Assembly (NCBI GenBank): GCA_018396865.1
Contig: JAGTRB010000003.1
Coordinates: 8,575 to 72,574, forward strand
DNA: 64,000 bases
Source of the DNA: Candidatus Bathyarchaeota archaeon
Lineage (GTDB): Archaea > Thermoproteota > Bathyarchaeia > TCS64
Reading direction: 5' to 3'
A program made the translations under genes and the position numbers. Positions 48,893 through 59,557 of this stretch are shown here, piece after piece (the stretch's first letter is position 1; the number at the start of each line of letters is the position of its first letter). A model generated the notes under the pieces. It did no database searches. It was given only the letters and a program-made list of their open reading frames with translations, and was not told the origin of the DNA.

Positions 48893-49444
48893 TTGGAAGC
48901 CTTGAGTCCACCCCTCGATGATATATGCTTTGCTTATGAGAACAGCACTGTAAGGCTGATAGCGACGAGGGATATCCCCAGAATTGAGACTGCTGGGCTG
49001 GTGATAGAGGAGACGGCGGCGAACAGTGAGTTGAGGGTTAACCTATGGGTGGCCTGGGAGCTTGTGGAGGCAGGCCTAGCCCGCTTCACGGATGGAGGCA
49101 TAAGATCGGATGAGCTGATCCAAGCCCATTATCGTGAGCGCCTCCAGCCCCTAGGGCAGCTCTCCACCCTGCCCGACAGATTTTACGCTCAAGCATATAT
49201 CACCTTCAACCAGCTGGCTAAGGAGGCAAAGGGGGAGGAGGCCCGCCTGGCACACCTAAACAGGATGAGGGGGATGTTCAGGGATATACTTGAGAGCAGG
49301 ATAAACAAGATCGTTAGACTCGCCTCCTCAGAGGTAGCCTCCCCCCCAAAGGAGCTCCAGTCCGAGGAGGCTCAGCTCTTTAGGGAGCTGAATGTAAAGA
49401 TCTCAGCCTGGAGGAGGATGCTGAGGAGGGTGGGGGAGAGGTGA
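48893..49444 (+). CDS. gins23: GINS complex subunit (Gins23/Psf2-type)
   Basis: LWVAWEL..AG, LP..FY, RINKI, L..EE..LF; overlaps mcm start. Confidence 0.8.
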   Translation: MEALSPPLDDICFAYENSTVRLIATRDIPRIETAGLVIEETAANSELRVNLWVAWELVEAGLARFTDGGIRSDELIQAHYRERLQPLGQLSTLPDRFYAQAYITFNQLAKEAKGEEARLAHLNRMRGMFRDILESRINKIVRLASSEVASPPKELQSEEAQLFRELNVKISAWRRMLRRVGER

Positions 49445-51507
49445 GGACAGAGGCATTACAGGCCCAGCCCGAGGAGGCCTTTAAGGGGTTCATAGAAGGG
49501 TTCAGGGACGCTGAGGGGAGGCTGAAGTACGAGCAGGCCATCTCGGAGATGGCGGTGAGGGGGCTAAAATCCCTAATAGTCGAGTTCCAGGACCTATACA
49601 CCTTCGACTCCCCCTTCGCCAATAGCATACTAGAGAACCCCGAAGGCTACCTCCCCAGCCTCGAAGCCGCAGCCTTCTCCAAGCTCAGGATGAGGGACCC
49701 CGAGTACGCGAACAGGATTGGAGGCCTCCACGTCAGGATAAGGGGCCTCCCAGTCGAGACCCCCCTCCGCAGGATAGGGGCTGACTGCATAGGGAGGCTT
49801 GTGATGGTCAGCGGCATCATAGTCAGGGCGACAACGGTCACCCCGATCCTCATCAAGGCCGTATTCAGGTGCAACTCCTGCGGTGAGCTGAACCACGTCG
49901 AGCAGCCCTCCTCCTCAAGCCAGTATATGAGGATGCCCCAGAAATGCGTTCACTGCGGGAGCCGAAGGGGGTTCGAGCTCGAGGCGAGGGAGTCCATCTT
50001 CATAGATTCCCAGAGGATAACCCTCCAGGAGAAGCCTGAGGAGCTTCCCCCGGGGCAGCTCCCTAGGTCCCTGAACATAAGCCTCCTAGATGACCTGGTA
50101 GACGTGGCTAGGCCTGGGGATAGGGTTCAGGTGACCGGGACCATTGAGCTTCTCCCTAGGCAGGGTAGGGGTGGCCCCCTCCGCTCCTTCGACTTTCATC
50201 TGAAGGCGAACAGCGTCGATGTGATCGGGAGAGAGCTGGAGATGCTGGAGATAACCCCAGAGGACGAGTCTAGGATCAAGGAGCTTGCATCAGACCCATG
50301 GATCCACAGGAAGATACTCCAATCCATAGCTCCCTCGATCCACGGCTACGAGACCGTGAAGGAGGCGATCATGTACCTTCTATTTGGAGGGGTCCCAAAG
50401 GAGCTTCCGGACATAAGGATAAGGGGCGACATAAACGTCCTCTTGATCGGGGATCCCGGCACTGGGAAGAGCCAGATGCTTCAGTACGCGGCGAGGATCG
50501 CCCCTAGGGGTCTCTACACGACGGGGAGGGGCTCCACAGCGGCGGGCCTAACAGCGGCGGTTGTGAGGGAAGGAGGAACTGGAAGCTTCATCCTCGAGGC
50601 AGGAGCCCTGGTTCTAGGGGACATAGGGATCTGCTGCATAGATGAGATGGACAAGATGAGGGAGGAGGACAGGAGCGCCATCCACCCAGCGATGGAGCAG
50701 CAGGTGGTCTCCATAGCTAAGGGGGGGATAGTGGCAACACTTAACGCGAGGACCTCGATCTTAGCAGCGGCTAACCCAGCCCTTGGACGCTATAACCCGT
50801 ATCAGACCGTCGCACAGAACATCAACCTCCCAGTGACCATTCTGAGCAGGTTCGACCTGATATTCATACTCCAGGACAAGCCTGAAGCGGACAGGGACTC
50901 GAGGATGGCTGAGCACATACTGGACCTCCACAGGTCCGCCGGAAACCCGAGGGTAGCCCCCATAGATCAGGAGACCCTCAAGAAGTACATAAGCTACTCA
51001 AAGAGGATAAGGCCAGTCCTGACGGATGAGGCCTCCAGACGCCTGAGGGACTTCTATGTCAAGATGAGGGCAGCCTCCACCGAGGGAGGCGAGGCCTCGG
51101 CGATAAGCATAACCCCCAGGCAGCTTGAATCCCTGATAAGGCTGGCTGAGGCTAGGGCCAGGGTACACCTGAGGAGTGAGGTGACCACGGAGGACGCCGA
51201 GGCCGTCATAGCCCTAATGCAGAGAAGCCTAGAGCAGGTAGGAATAGACCTGACCACGGGTAGGATAGACATAGACATAATATACACCGGTAAGCCCAGG
51301 AGCCTACAGGTTCAGCTCCAGAGGGTTCTGAGCCTCATAGCCGATATGGAGAGATCGGCCGGTATGGTGAGGGATGAGGACCTATATAACGCCCTTCAGG
51401 AGGAGCACCAGATAGGAAGGGCTGAGGCCGCTAAGCTGATAGGGATCCTGATGAGGGACGGAACGATATACTCCCCCAGGCCAGGATTCTACAAGAGAAC
51501 GGCCTAG
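49441..51507 (+). CDS. mcm: Replicative helicase MCM
   Basis: C4 Zn finger, GDPGTGKS, IDEMDKM, AAANP, LSRFD, ITPRQLESLIR; no intein. Confidence 0.98.
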   Translation: MRTEALQAQPEEAFKGFIEGFRDAEGRLKYEQAISEMAVRGLKSLIVEFQDLYTFDSPFANSILENPEGYLPSLEAAAFSKLRMRDPEYANRIGGLHVRIRGLPVETPLRRIGADCIGRLVMVSGIIVRATTVTPILIKAVFRCNSCGELNHVEQPSSSSQYMRMPQKCVHCGSRRGFELEARESIFIDSQRITLQEKPEELPPGQLPRSLNISLLDDLVDVARPGDRVQVTGTIELLPRQGRGGPLRSFDFHLKANSVDVIGRELEMLEITPEDESRIKELASDPWIHRKILQSIAPSIHGYETVKEAIMYLLFGGVPKELPDIRIRGDINVLLIGDPGTGKSQMLQYAARIAPRGLYTTGRGSTAAGLTAAVVREGGTGSFILEAGALVLGDIGICCIDEMDKMREEDRSAIHPAMEQQVVSIAKGGIVATLNARTSILAAANPALGRYNPYQTVAQNINLPVTILSRFDLIFILQDKPEADRDSRMAEHILDLHRSAGNPRVAPIDQETLKKYISYSKRIRPVLTDEASRRLRDFYVKMRAASTEGGEASAISITPRQLESLIRLAEARARVHLRSEVTTEDAEAVIALMQRSLEQVGIDLTTGRIDIDIIYTGKPRSLQVQLQRVLSLIADMERSAGMVRDEDLYNALQEEHQIGRAEAAKLIGILMRDGTIYSPRPGFYKRTA

Positions 51508-51563
51508 CTCACTGGAATAAAAACTAGAATGAAGGGGTGTGAGGCCTCGGGGTTTTAGGTATT

Positions 51564-52136
51564 TTAACGCCTCCTGGGCTTGGTTATTATCTCCTGAACC
51601 CTTAGGTCGAAGATGTCGCTTAGATGAGCTGGCTTTATGACCACGGCGGTGTCAGCGCCCCGACCGGTTCCGGCTATGGCTATGACCTCTTTATCCATCG
51701 GGATGAGGCCGGCATCCGCGGCCATCGCCGTGATCTCGACACAGACCTTCATACCCTCACAGAAGAGCCTTAAGGTATTAGCCATGAGCTCGGCCGGCCC
51801 CAAGGTGTTGAACTTCTTCCTTATAGCCCTGCTCACACCTGCGAAGGCATGGCTCGCTGTAAGGATCTTGCCTCCCCCCCTCCTTATCCTCTCGGCCGCC
51901 TCCTCCTCAAGCTCCAGCTTTCCGGGCTCCCTGAACCCTGCTGAGTGGGTGACCACCACGACGTTGAAACCCTTGAATGTCTCCACCGCTTTTACCCCAG
52001 TGGAGCCCCGGGTGGACGCCACAACGATGTCCCTTATCCCGAGCTCCTCAGCCCTCCTCTTGGCAGCCTCCAGAGTCTGAGCTGTGTTGTTCTCCCCAGC
52101 CTCGAGGAAATAGGTTATGGATTTAACCTCAGACAT
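51564..52136 (-). CDS. Pyruvate-kinase C-terminal-domain-like conserved protein
   Basis: YF...G.ENT, IVVAST.G.T, VVVTH, G.KV..EI..MAADAG, GTGRGADTA. Confidence 0.82.
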   Translation of the reverse strand: MSEVKSITYFLEAGENNTAQTLEAAKRRAEELGIRDIVVASTRGSTGVKAVETFKGFNVVVVTHSAGFREPGKLELEEEAAERIRRGGGKILTASHAFAGVSRAIRKKFNTLGPAELMANTLRLFCEGMKVCVEITAMAADAGLIPMDKEVIAIAGTGRGADTAVVIKPAHLSDIFDLRVQEIITKPRRR

Positions 52137-52208
52137 AAAACCACCTTAGACTGAAGTGAAGTCTCACAATTATTAATATTTCCATCTCTCTAGATTCTGA
52201 GGGGCTCA

Positions 52209-54476
52209 TTGAGGATCGCCGAGCTCGAGATACCAGACCAGGTCAAGGAGGTTCTCTCGAAGAAGGGGTACGTGGAGCTCTACCCAACTCAGGAGGATGC
52301 CATCAGGAGGGGGGTTCTCGATGGAAAGAGCCTGGTAATGGCGAGCCCAACCGCGAGCGGTAAAACCCTCATCGCCGAGCTCTGCGCCCTTAAACACGTC
52401 CTCGAGAGGGGTGGAAAGGCCCTCTATCTAACCCCCCTAAGAGCCCTGGCCTGGGAGAAATATGAGACCTTCCAAGCCTACTCCGGAATAGAGAAGAGGG
52501 GTGGAGGGGTTGTAAAGGTCGGGATAAGCACCGGAGACTACGACAGCTCCACCCCATGGCTTGAGAACTACGACATCATAATAACCACCAATGAGAAGTG
52601 CGACTCCCTCCTACGCCACAAGGCTCCCTGGCTGAGATTGGTCACCCTAGTAATAGCCGACGAGGTCCACCTCATAGGGGACGAGAGGGGCCCAACCCTG
52701 GAGGTGACCCTCGCCAGGCTAAGGCAGATGAGGCCCGACATCCAGATAATCGCATTAAGCGCCACCATCAGGAACACGGAGGACGTAGCCGAGTGGTTGA
52801 AGGCCGAGGCTGTAACCACCGAGTGGAGGCCGGTCGAGCTCAAGGAGGGCGTGTTATACAGGGATGCTATAACCTTCAGGGATGGGAGCCTGAAGAGCCT
52901 TAAGAGGCTCCATAGGGTGGACGCCCTAAACATGGCCCTAAACACCGTTATGGAGGGAGACCAGGCCCTGATATTCGTTGAGAGCAGGTTGAGGTCAATG
53001 AGCATGGCTAGGGAGGCTGCCAACGCCTTGGAAGGGATGGAGGGGGTCCTCCAACAGAGGTTGAGGAGAGAGCTCGAGAAGATCTCAGATGAGATCCTAT
53101 CCTACGGGGAGAGGACTCGGCTCTCGGACGAACTGGCTTCATATATCCTAAGGGGGGCGGCCTTCCACCACGCCGGGCTTAGGGCGGAGCATAGGAGGAT
53201 AGTTGAGGACTCCTTCAGGTCTGGAAAGATAAAGATCCTCGTCGCCACCCCCACCCTCGCCGCCGGGGTCAACCTGCCCGCCAAGGCGGTTATCATAGGG
53301 AGCTATCACAGGTTCACCCCTGGATATGGGATGACCCGAATCTCCGTCCTGGAGTATAAACAGATGAGCGGGAGGGCTGGGAGGCCCCAGTACGACGCCT
53401 ATGGAGAGGCCACCCTAATAGCCTCCTCCCAGGATGAGGCCGAGGAGCTGATGGAGTCCTACATCCTCTCAAAGCCAGAGCCCCTATACAGCAGGCTCGC
53501 CTCAGAGTCAGCCCTGAGAAGCCACACCCTCGCCGCTATAGCCTCAGACTATGCCCACACCGAACATGGACTCCTCGACTTCTTCGGCAACACCTTCTAC
53601 GGATATCACTACGGCCCCCTGGGCATAAGAGGCCTAATCACATCTATGTTGCTATACCTGGAGAGGGAGGGGATGATCCAGAGAAAGGGGGATTACATAT
53701 ACGCATCCGACTTTGGGAGGAGGGTCTCGGAACTCTACATAGACCCCCTATCCGCCGTGATCATCAGGGATGGGTTGAGGCTTGGGGCGAAGATGATCAC
53801 CGATTTCACATGGTTACACCTCATCTGCAGAACCCCCGACATGCGCCCCCTCCTCAGGCCAAAGAGGCGTGAATATGAGGAGGTCGAATCCTTCGTCACG
53901 GAGCATGAGGACGAGTTTGCCTGTGAGGTTCCAGACTACGACGACATGATAGAGTTCGAACAGTTTTTGGGAGAAGTGAAGACGGCCATCGTCCTCAAAG
54001 CGTGGATAGATGAGGCCTCCGAGAACGATCTCCTCGAGAGGTTCTCAGTTGAGCCCGGGGACAGGTACAGCGCCATCCTAAACGCGGAGTGGCTCCTCTA
54101 CGCCTCCCACGAGCTGGCAAGGGTTCTGGGAATCTCAAGCTACACCAGGCATCTATCACAGCTCACCGAGAGGGTTAAACACGGGGTCAAGGCTGAACTC
54201 CTTCCACTGGTCAAGCTCAGGGGTATAGGCAGGGTTAGGGCCAGGATGCTCCACGACGCTGGCTTCAGGACCATAGAGAGCCTGAGAAGGGCGCCTCTCA
54301 CCAGGCTCGCCGGTGTCCCGCTTATAGGGGGTAAGCTCGCCAGGCTGATAAAGGAGCAGGTTGGAGGGGTTGTGGAAGAGGAGGAGTGGAGACAACTAGA
54401 GGAGCTTGAGGCGGAGCAGAAGGCCCTGACAACCTTTATCGAAGAGGAGCCGGAAGAGGATAAAGAGATAAATTAA
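52209..54476 (+). CDS. hel308: Ski2-like DNA helicase Hel308
   Basis: PTASGKT, DEVH, LSAT, FHHAGL, TLAAGVNLPA, QMSGRAGRP, C-terminal GIGRVRAR HhH. Confidence 0.93.
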   Translation: MRIAELEIPDQVKEVLSKKGYVELYPTQEDAIRRGVLDGKSLVMASPTASGKTLIAELCALKHVLERGGKALYLTPLRALAWEKYETFQAYSGIEKRGGGVVKVGISTGDYDSSTPWLENYDIIITTNEKCDSLLRHKAPWLRLVTLVIADEVHLIGDERGPTLEVTLARLRQMRPDIQIIALSATIRNTEDVAEWLKAEAVTTEWRPVELKEGVLYRDAITFRDGSLKSLKRLHRVDALNMALNTVMEGDQALIFVESRLRSMSMAREAANALEGMEGVLQQRLRRELEKISDEILSYGERTRLSDELASYILRGAAFHHAGLRAEHRRIVEDSFRSGKIKILVATPTLAAGVNLPAKAVIIGSYHRFTPGYGMTRISVLEYKQMSGRAGRPQYDAYGEATLIASSQDEAEELMESYILSKPEPLYSRLASESALRSHTLAAIASDYAHTEHGLLDFFGNTFYGYHYGPLGIRGLITSMLLYLEREGMIQRKGDYIYASDFGRRVSELYIDPLSAVIIRDGLRLGAKMITDFTWLHLICRTPDMRPLLRPKRREYEEVESFVTEHEDEFACEVPDYDDMIEFEQFLGEVKTAIVLKAWIDEASENDLLERFSVEPGDRYSAILNAEWLLYASHELARVLGISSYTRHLSQLTERVKHGVKAELLPLVKLRGIGRVRARMLHDAGFRTIESLRRAPLTRLAGVPLIGGKLARLIKEQVGGVVEEEEWRQLEELEAEQKALTTFIEEEPEEDKEIN

Positions 54477-54496
54477 AGAGCCAGCTATATCCTAGG

Positions 54497-54922
54497 ATGA
54501 AATCATCCGATGAATATGAGAGCCATGGTTATATCCTGAGAATAGCTACAGATGAATGGCTTGAACAGGTCTACAGGCTTAAAAGATACTACCCCGGGCT
54601 GAATAGAAGATGGGATGAGGGCACGGTCATCCTCCTAGCGAAGAAGAGCGATGCTGGAGACTCCTTCATAGGATACGGCGTCGTGGATAGGGTGATGAAG
54701 CCCGAGGAGCTACCTCCAGATGAAAGGGCATACTGCGAGGGCCATGGATGGAGGTGCGCCATAATCTTCAAGGAACTACACAGGTTCGACCCTCCATACC
54801 CCATCAGGGAATCCATCCTCAAAGATGATCCAAGAAAAGGAAGATACCTCCACGGGGTCCGCCTCACGGCGGACGAGGTGAACTCCATCATAGAATCGGC
54901 GAAGAATTACACCAGAACATAG
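54497..54922 (+). CDS. Hypothetical protein, EVE/PUA-like fold
   Basis: 'GTVILL...FIGYGVV...W..AI.F..L.RFDPP.P' pattern. Confidence 0.55.
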   Translation: MKSSDEYESHGYILRIATDEWLEQVYRLKRYYPGLNRRWDEGTVILLAKKSDAGDSFIGYGVVDRVMKPEELPPDERAYCEGHGWRCAIIFKELHRFDPPYPIRESILKDDPRKGRYLHGVRLTADEVNSIIESAKNYTRT

Positions 54923-54943
54923 AAAAGAATTTTAATCAAGCAG

Positions 54944-55168
54944 GTGAATTCTTTAAAGATGGGGCTGACGGATGAGCAGAAGGCCATATTGAGGGCTTTA
55001 AGCCTCATGAAAGAGCCCGCTGGATGTAAGGAGATTGGAGAGAAGGCTGGGATACCTTGGAGAACAGTGATGGCTAGATTGAGGGGGTTGAAGGCCGAGG
55101 GATACGTTGAGACGCCTCTGGAAGGGAAGTACTCAATAACAGATAAGGGCAGGAAGGCGATCTCATAA
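54944..55168 (+). CDS. Small winged-helix DNA-binding protein
   Basis: IL..L...EI...G....V...L..L...GYV....KY.IT.KG. Confidence 0.8.
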   Translation: MNSLKMGLTDEQKAILRALSLMKEPAGCKEIGEKAGIPWRTVMARLRGLKAEGYVETPLEGKYSITDKGRKAIS

Positions 55169-55207
55169 CCCAAGTTTTTCTATTTTAGAATTAAATTTAT
55201 CAGATGA

Positions 55208-56680
55208 ATGTCTGAGATGGGCCTCTTAGCCGCTCTCCTAAGCAGGTCTGGTGAGGATATCTCGGAAAGGCTTCTGAGAATGATTAGGGTATCCTCAACC
55301 AGCATAGGAGACTGCTATGGATTTGCAACCCATGACGGTTCCATCATCCTCCCAAATCTGCCTGACGGATTGGAGATATCTTCTGACGCGATGCTGGGCT
55401 ACAAGCTGTTTAAGACGATGCCTCTAGATGGTCCCCAGCCCATCAATCAGCACGGATACTCCATGATACTGGAGGGTAGGCTATGGGACGGCTTAACCCC
55501 ATCAGATCTCGAGGAGGCAGCGGAAGAGCTTTCCCATGAACCACTAGAAGGGCTCAAGAAACTTATTGAATTTAGGGAAGGATCATTCGTCACGGCCATC
55601 CTGATGGAGGACAGGATCCTAATAGGAAGGGATCCCATCGGCCTAGTCCCAGTCTATTATGGAGATTCGGGGAGCCTCATAGCAGCTGCCTCGAACAGGA
55701 AGATGCTGTGGAGGATAGGTATGGAGGGGCAACCCCTCCCACCAGGCCATATAGCTGAGATGTCGAGGGAAGGGGTTCACCTTATGGAGGTGAAGACGCT
55801 GAGGAAGCCCAAGACTGGAGGAATGAGCCTCGAGGATTCCGCAATGGAGCTTGATAGGCTTATGATGGATGCGGTCGAGAGGCGTTCAAGAGGCCTAACC
55901 AGGGCCTTCCTCGGGTTCTCAGGTGGGATAGACAGCTCCTTACTGGCTTATTATCTGGACCTCTCAGGGGTTAGGGTCCACCTAATATGCGTGGGGCTTG
56001 AGGCCTCAGACGATGTTAGATTCGCAATGGAAGTAGCGGAGGAGCTGGGGCTTCCCATAACCTTGATCTCAATCGACGAGGGGAGGGTTAAGGAGGATCT
56101 TGATGATGTCCTCCTCAGCGTGGAAAGCTACAACCCCTTACAGATAGCCGTGGGCCTACCATTGTACTGGGCCGTTAAGGCGGCGGTTGAGCTGGGGGGC
56201 AGGGTATTCTTCTCGGGCTGCGGAAGCGATGAACTCTTCGGAGGCTATGAAAAATATGTTAGAAGAGGGATCTCTAGAGATGCTTCGATGGAGATGATGT
56301 TCCGAGACGTGGTTAATGCGCATAAAGCTAACTATGAGAGGGATTACAAGATCTGCGCAGATTTGGAGGTTGAGCTAAGAGCCCCCTTCACAGACCTGAA
56401 GCTGACCGAGTTTGGCCTATCCCTACCCCCAGAGTTAAGGCTCCCTCAAGAGGGAACCACCTTAAGGAAGCCTCTCCTAAGGGCCCTAGCTAGGAGGCTT
56501 GACCTGCCAGGATCGGTCATCAATAGACAGAAGAGGGCTGTCCAGTACTCCACAGGCGTAGCCGTAGCTCTGAGAAAGATCTCTAGGAGGGAGGGGAGGA
56601 GCATATCGACATATCTCATGGAACGGTTTGAGCGTTTAAAGGAGATATTCTTCAATCAAGACCTAAAAATTAAGACTTGA
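55208..56680 (+). CDS. Asparagine synthetase B-like protein
   Basis: RDPIG..P, FSGGIDSS, SG.GSDELFGGY, LRAPF, K.A.QY; lacks N-terminal Cys. Confidence 0.85.
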   Translation: MSEMGLLAALLSRSGEDISERLLRMIRVSSTSIGDCYGFATHDGSIILPNLPDGLEISSDAMLGYKLFKTMPLDGPQPINQHGYSMILEGRLWDGLTPSDLEEAAEELSHEPLEGLKKLIEFREGSFVTAILMEDRILIGRDPIGLVPVYYGDSGSLIAAASNRKMLWRIGMEGQPLPPGHIAEMSREGVHLMEVKTLRKPKTGGMSLEDSAMELDRLMMDAVERRSRGLTRAFLGFSGGIDSSLLAYYLDLSGVRVHLICVGLEASDDVRFAMEVAEELGLPITLISIDEGRVKEDLDDVLLSVESYNPLQIAVGLPLYWAVKAAVELGGRVFFSGCGSDELFGGYEKYVRRGISRDASMEMMFRDVVNAHKANYERDYKICADLEVELRAPFTDLKLTEFGLSLPPELRLPQEGTTLRKPLLRALARRLDLPGSVINRQKRAVQYSTGVAVALRKISRREGRSISTYLMERFERLKEIFFNQDLKIKT

Positions 56681-56697
56681 AAACCAACGATCTCGGC

Positions 56698-57813
56698 TTA
56701 GAGGTTTTGGGTCAATTCGACCCTCAATCTCTTGGCTACCTCGGAGGTCCTCCTCAAGCATTCTAAGGCGCAGCCGTATGTCGGGAAGGCTCTCAGACCG
56801 CACTCCGGCCCCACATAAGGTATGTTCTCCGCCCCGAAGCGCCTTGTCAAGGCTCTAAGCCTGCTTTGAATGAGGTTTGGGTCCTCCAGGAACATGTCTG
56901 GATCGAGTCTTCCAGACCTTATCTTAGACCACACCTCACCTATTCTTTGTGGGAGGTCCTCAACTCTTCCAAGCCTCTCCGTTATGAGGGTGTCGAAGTC
57001 GGTTTTGCATACGCTCGCTTTAAGCCTCTTGCCAGTCTCCCTAATCCTTCTTAGTGTCTCCTTAGAGGTGTACAGTATATCATCGACATGGGAATCCACA
57101 ATTCCCAGATGCTCGACATCCCAGAACAGCCCGTCCGAGGTCTTGTGAAGGTGGATGCCGGCCTCCACCCCCTTTGAGGATGCGGCTCTACAGATCTCCT
57201 CCCACCCCTCCAGAAGGGCCACCCTCCCCTCGGAGCCGTGGTCTATGAGGGGGTCATTTAGAAAGCCGAAGACCGGCTCATCTATGAAAAGTAAGGCCGT
57301 CTCCCCCCTCCTTGCCTTGAACATCGTGTTGGAGGCTATCTCAGAGATGGCCTTTCCAAGCTCTCTAAAAAGCTCATCATATCTGTCTTGGAAGAGGGAG
57401 GAGAGGGTATAAGGGCCTGTAACACATATCTTTAACTCGAACCTATCCAGCCCTACGGCCTCGGCGATCCTCGACGCGTTCCTCTTGAGGGCTTCTACCT
57501 CAGGGATGACGGCGAAGGGCTTGGCCGAAATCTTGGATATGACTCTATAACCGTCACCTCTCCTCTCTATTCCCCTGATAATTTCTAAGAACATCTCGTT
57601 CATATCTCGAAGCTGAGGGTAGTTGGGCACATCCAACCCAGCTTTCAGCTTATCCAAGAAGGAGTTGACGACCTCCCCCTCAAATATCTTGACGTCCTCC
57701 AGCTCCCCAACGCCCACATCTGAGAGCAGACTCGAGTATTTCCTGCTTCCTCCTCGTATGATCTCCTGGCTTATCCTAAGGGGAATGCTCCCCACGTCGT
57801 AGGTTTTAAACAT
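56698..57813 (-). CDS. Single-domain MetE-like (core methionine synthase/URO-D family) protein
   Basis: DVGSIP, NYPQ, K.CVTGP.TL, IDEP, HLH, GPECG. Confidence 0.7.
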   Translation of the reverse strand: MFKTYDVGSIPLRISQEIIRGGSRKYSSLLSDVGVGELEDVKIFEGEVVNSFLDKLKAGLDVPNYPQLRDMNEMFLEIIRGIERRGDGYRVISKISAKPFAVIPEVEALKRNASRIAEAVGLDRFELKICVTGPYTLSSLFQDRYDELFRELGKAISEIASNTMFKARRGETALLFIDEPVFGFLNDPLIDHGSEGRVALLEGWEEICRAASSKGVEAGIHLHKTSDGLFWDVEHLGIVDSHVDDILYTSKETLRRIRETGKRLKASVCKTDFDTLITERLGRVEDLPQRIGEVWSKIRSGRLDPDMFLEDPNLIQSRLRALTRRFGAENIPYVGPECGLRAFPTYGCALECLRRTSEVAKRLRVELTQNL

Positions 57814-57834
57814 GATGAGTCCACTATGTCACTA

Positions 57835-59043
57835 CTATATGATCTTCAATTTTCCATAGGCCAGGTCAATGCAGAACTGAGGTAGACGCTCGAACTCCCT
57901 GTTTACCACCTCCTCGATCTCTCCTGATAGCTCCTCCAACCTAACCCCCTCATCAAGTATTACTTGGGCAGAGGCTATCAGGGGCTGGTCTATTGACTGG
58001 CCTATCTTGCTCAGGAGCCAGACGTAGGCCTCTCTAACTCCAACGACGTTTTTGGATATCTCTTCGGCGATCTTGTAGCTGAGGACATTGTAGATCTTGC
58101 CGACGTGGCTGACGGGGTTCTTCCCCGCCGCCGCCTCAGAGGAGGTGGGCCTGTTTAGGGGGATAACCCCATTCACGTTGTTCCCCCTCCCGACTTGGCC
58201 AGAGTCTCCGCTATCAGCGGATGTGCCCAGAACTGTTAAGTAGAGGCCCCCTATCCCCCTCCCCTTGGCGTCTAGGACGTTAAGTTCCACGTTGTAGGAT
58301 TCGAAATCATAGTTTGAATGGATGAACTCCCTGATAGATTCCTCCACCTCCCCCTTGCTTCTGAAGTATTCCTCCTCAGAGTCTATGAAGCGGTCTACGA
58401 AGGCTATTGAGACCAGCAGGTTGACGCTCCTCCTCCTCCTCAGGCCCATTATCTTTATGTCCTCACCCGTCTCCGGATACTCCTTCTTAAAGGATGGGGA
58501 GTTGAGGTATTGCTCCAGGTTCAGCACCAGTCTCTCTAGCTCGGTCATCGGAGCATAGCCCACCGCAGCTGAGGTATCGTTAGCCCCGAGGAATCTTCCG
58601 CCCCGGTGGAATATGTCTTGGAGGGAGATGGCTCCCGGCTTTATCTCGCTCTGATACCTGACGTGAAGCTCGGGGTCTATGAATCGCATATTTTTTTTGA
58701 GCCACCTCTTTGTGCTGTTAAATGCGATCTCGTTGACTGGGATGGTCTCCCCTCCAGCCTCGAAGGTGGCCCTGTCTCCGTAGACTATGAGTATAGGCTT
58801 TATCACCTCCCCTCCCCCGAATCTAACGAGGCTCTCCCCAGCCGCCAGTAGGCCCTTATCCAGATTATGGTGGAGGATGGTTCCAAACCTCCTAAGGTAC
58901 TCCTTGGAGAGCTCTATGGAGACCTCGTTCATGATCGCGTCGCAGATGGAGTCAGGATGTCCAAGCCCCTTTCGCTCGCAGATCTCCAATGGCTGCTCCT
59001 CTAGAGGCTGGCTCTTCAGCTCAAGGATGACCAGATCCTTCAA
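57835..59043 (-). CDS. mat: Archaeal S-adenosylmethionine synthetase
   Basis: [51 protein letters not shown]; start set at TTG 59043. Confidence 0.95.
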   Translation of the reverse strand: MKDLVILELKSQPLEEQPLEICERKGLGHPDSICDAIMNEVSIELSKEYLRRFGTILHHNLDKGLLAAGESLVRFGGGEVIKPILIVYGDRATFEAGGETIPVNEIAFNSTKRWLKKNMRFIDPELHVRYQSEIKPGAISLQDIFHRGGRFLGANDTSAAVGYAPMTELERLVLNLEQYLNSPSFKKEYPETGEDIKIMGLRRRRSVNLLVSIAFVDRFIDSEEEYFRSKGEVEESIREFIHSNYDFESYNVELNVLDAKGRGIGGLYLTVLGTSADSGDSGQVGRGNNVNGVIPLNRPTSSEAAAGKNPVSHVGKIYNVLSYKIAEEISKNVVGVREAYVWLLSKIGQSIDQPLIASAQVILDEGVRLEELSGEIEEVVNREFERLPQFCIDLAYGKLKII

Positions 59044-59257
59044 AACATTCGCCTTCTGGTTTCCATGACTAAAAGAATAAAATCTTATAAACATTTCATT
59101 TCTTCAATGGCCTTTTTCATTCCTAAAGGAATATCAGGCATGGGTCCGGCCACCCATCTGTTTTACAATTAAAATAGCTATGGAGAAAACTCCAGTGAAT
59201 TGGAGTATTGGAGAAAAGGCTAAATCTTTTATTACCTCAGTGGTATGGGGTCGGTCC

Positions 59258-59557
59258 ATGAGAGATACTACCCTTGGGGTTCTTATCAGCGTAGGGAGCC
59301 TCGTATGTATGGTTGGATACTTCATATGGGCCTTCGGCCCATACATAGGGTTGTCCCATCTCATCTCCAAGGAGTTAAGCGAGTGGGCCTTCAAAATACC
59401 CGTAGTCCTCGCAGTCTACGCGCTTCTGGTTATAGTTCTATGGATTGGTTACACGATGGCGACAACTCCACCCCCGCTCCCTCTGGAGAGGCCCCTTGAG
59501 TTTGAGAGGGAGGAGGTGAGCGTGATGAGGGATGACGATAAAGGAGCGGGGAAATGA
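59258..59557 (+). CDS. Conserved two-TM membrane protein
   Basis: Two hydrophobic helices and WIGYTMATTPPP. Confidence 0.75.
   Translation: MRDTTLGVLISVGSLVCMVGYFIWAFGPYIGLSHLISKELSEWAFKIPVVLAVYALLVIVLWIGYTMATTPPPLPLERPLEFEREEVSVMRDDDKGAGK

Noticed and set aside
51508..51545. ORB-like sequence after mcm
   Set aside because: Only partial resemblance, single copy, tiny gap, no cdc6/orc1 nearby
49441..54476. Inteins in MCM or Hel308
   Set aside because: Lengths and motif spacing are normal; no intein blocks seen
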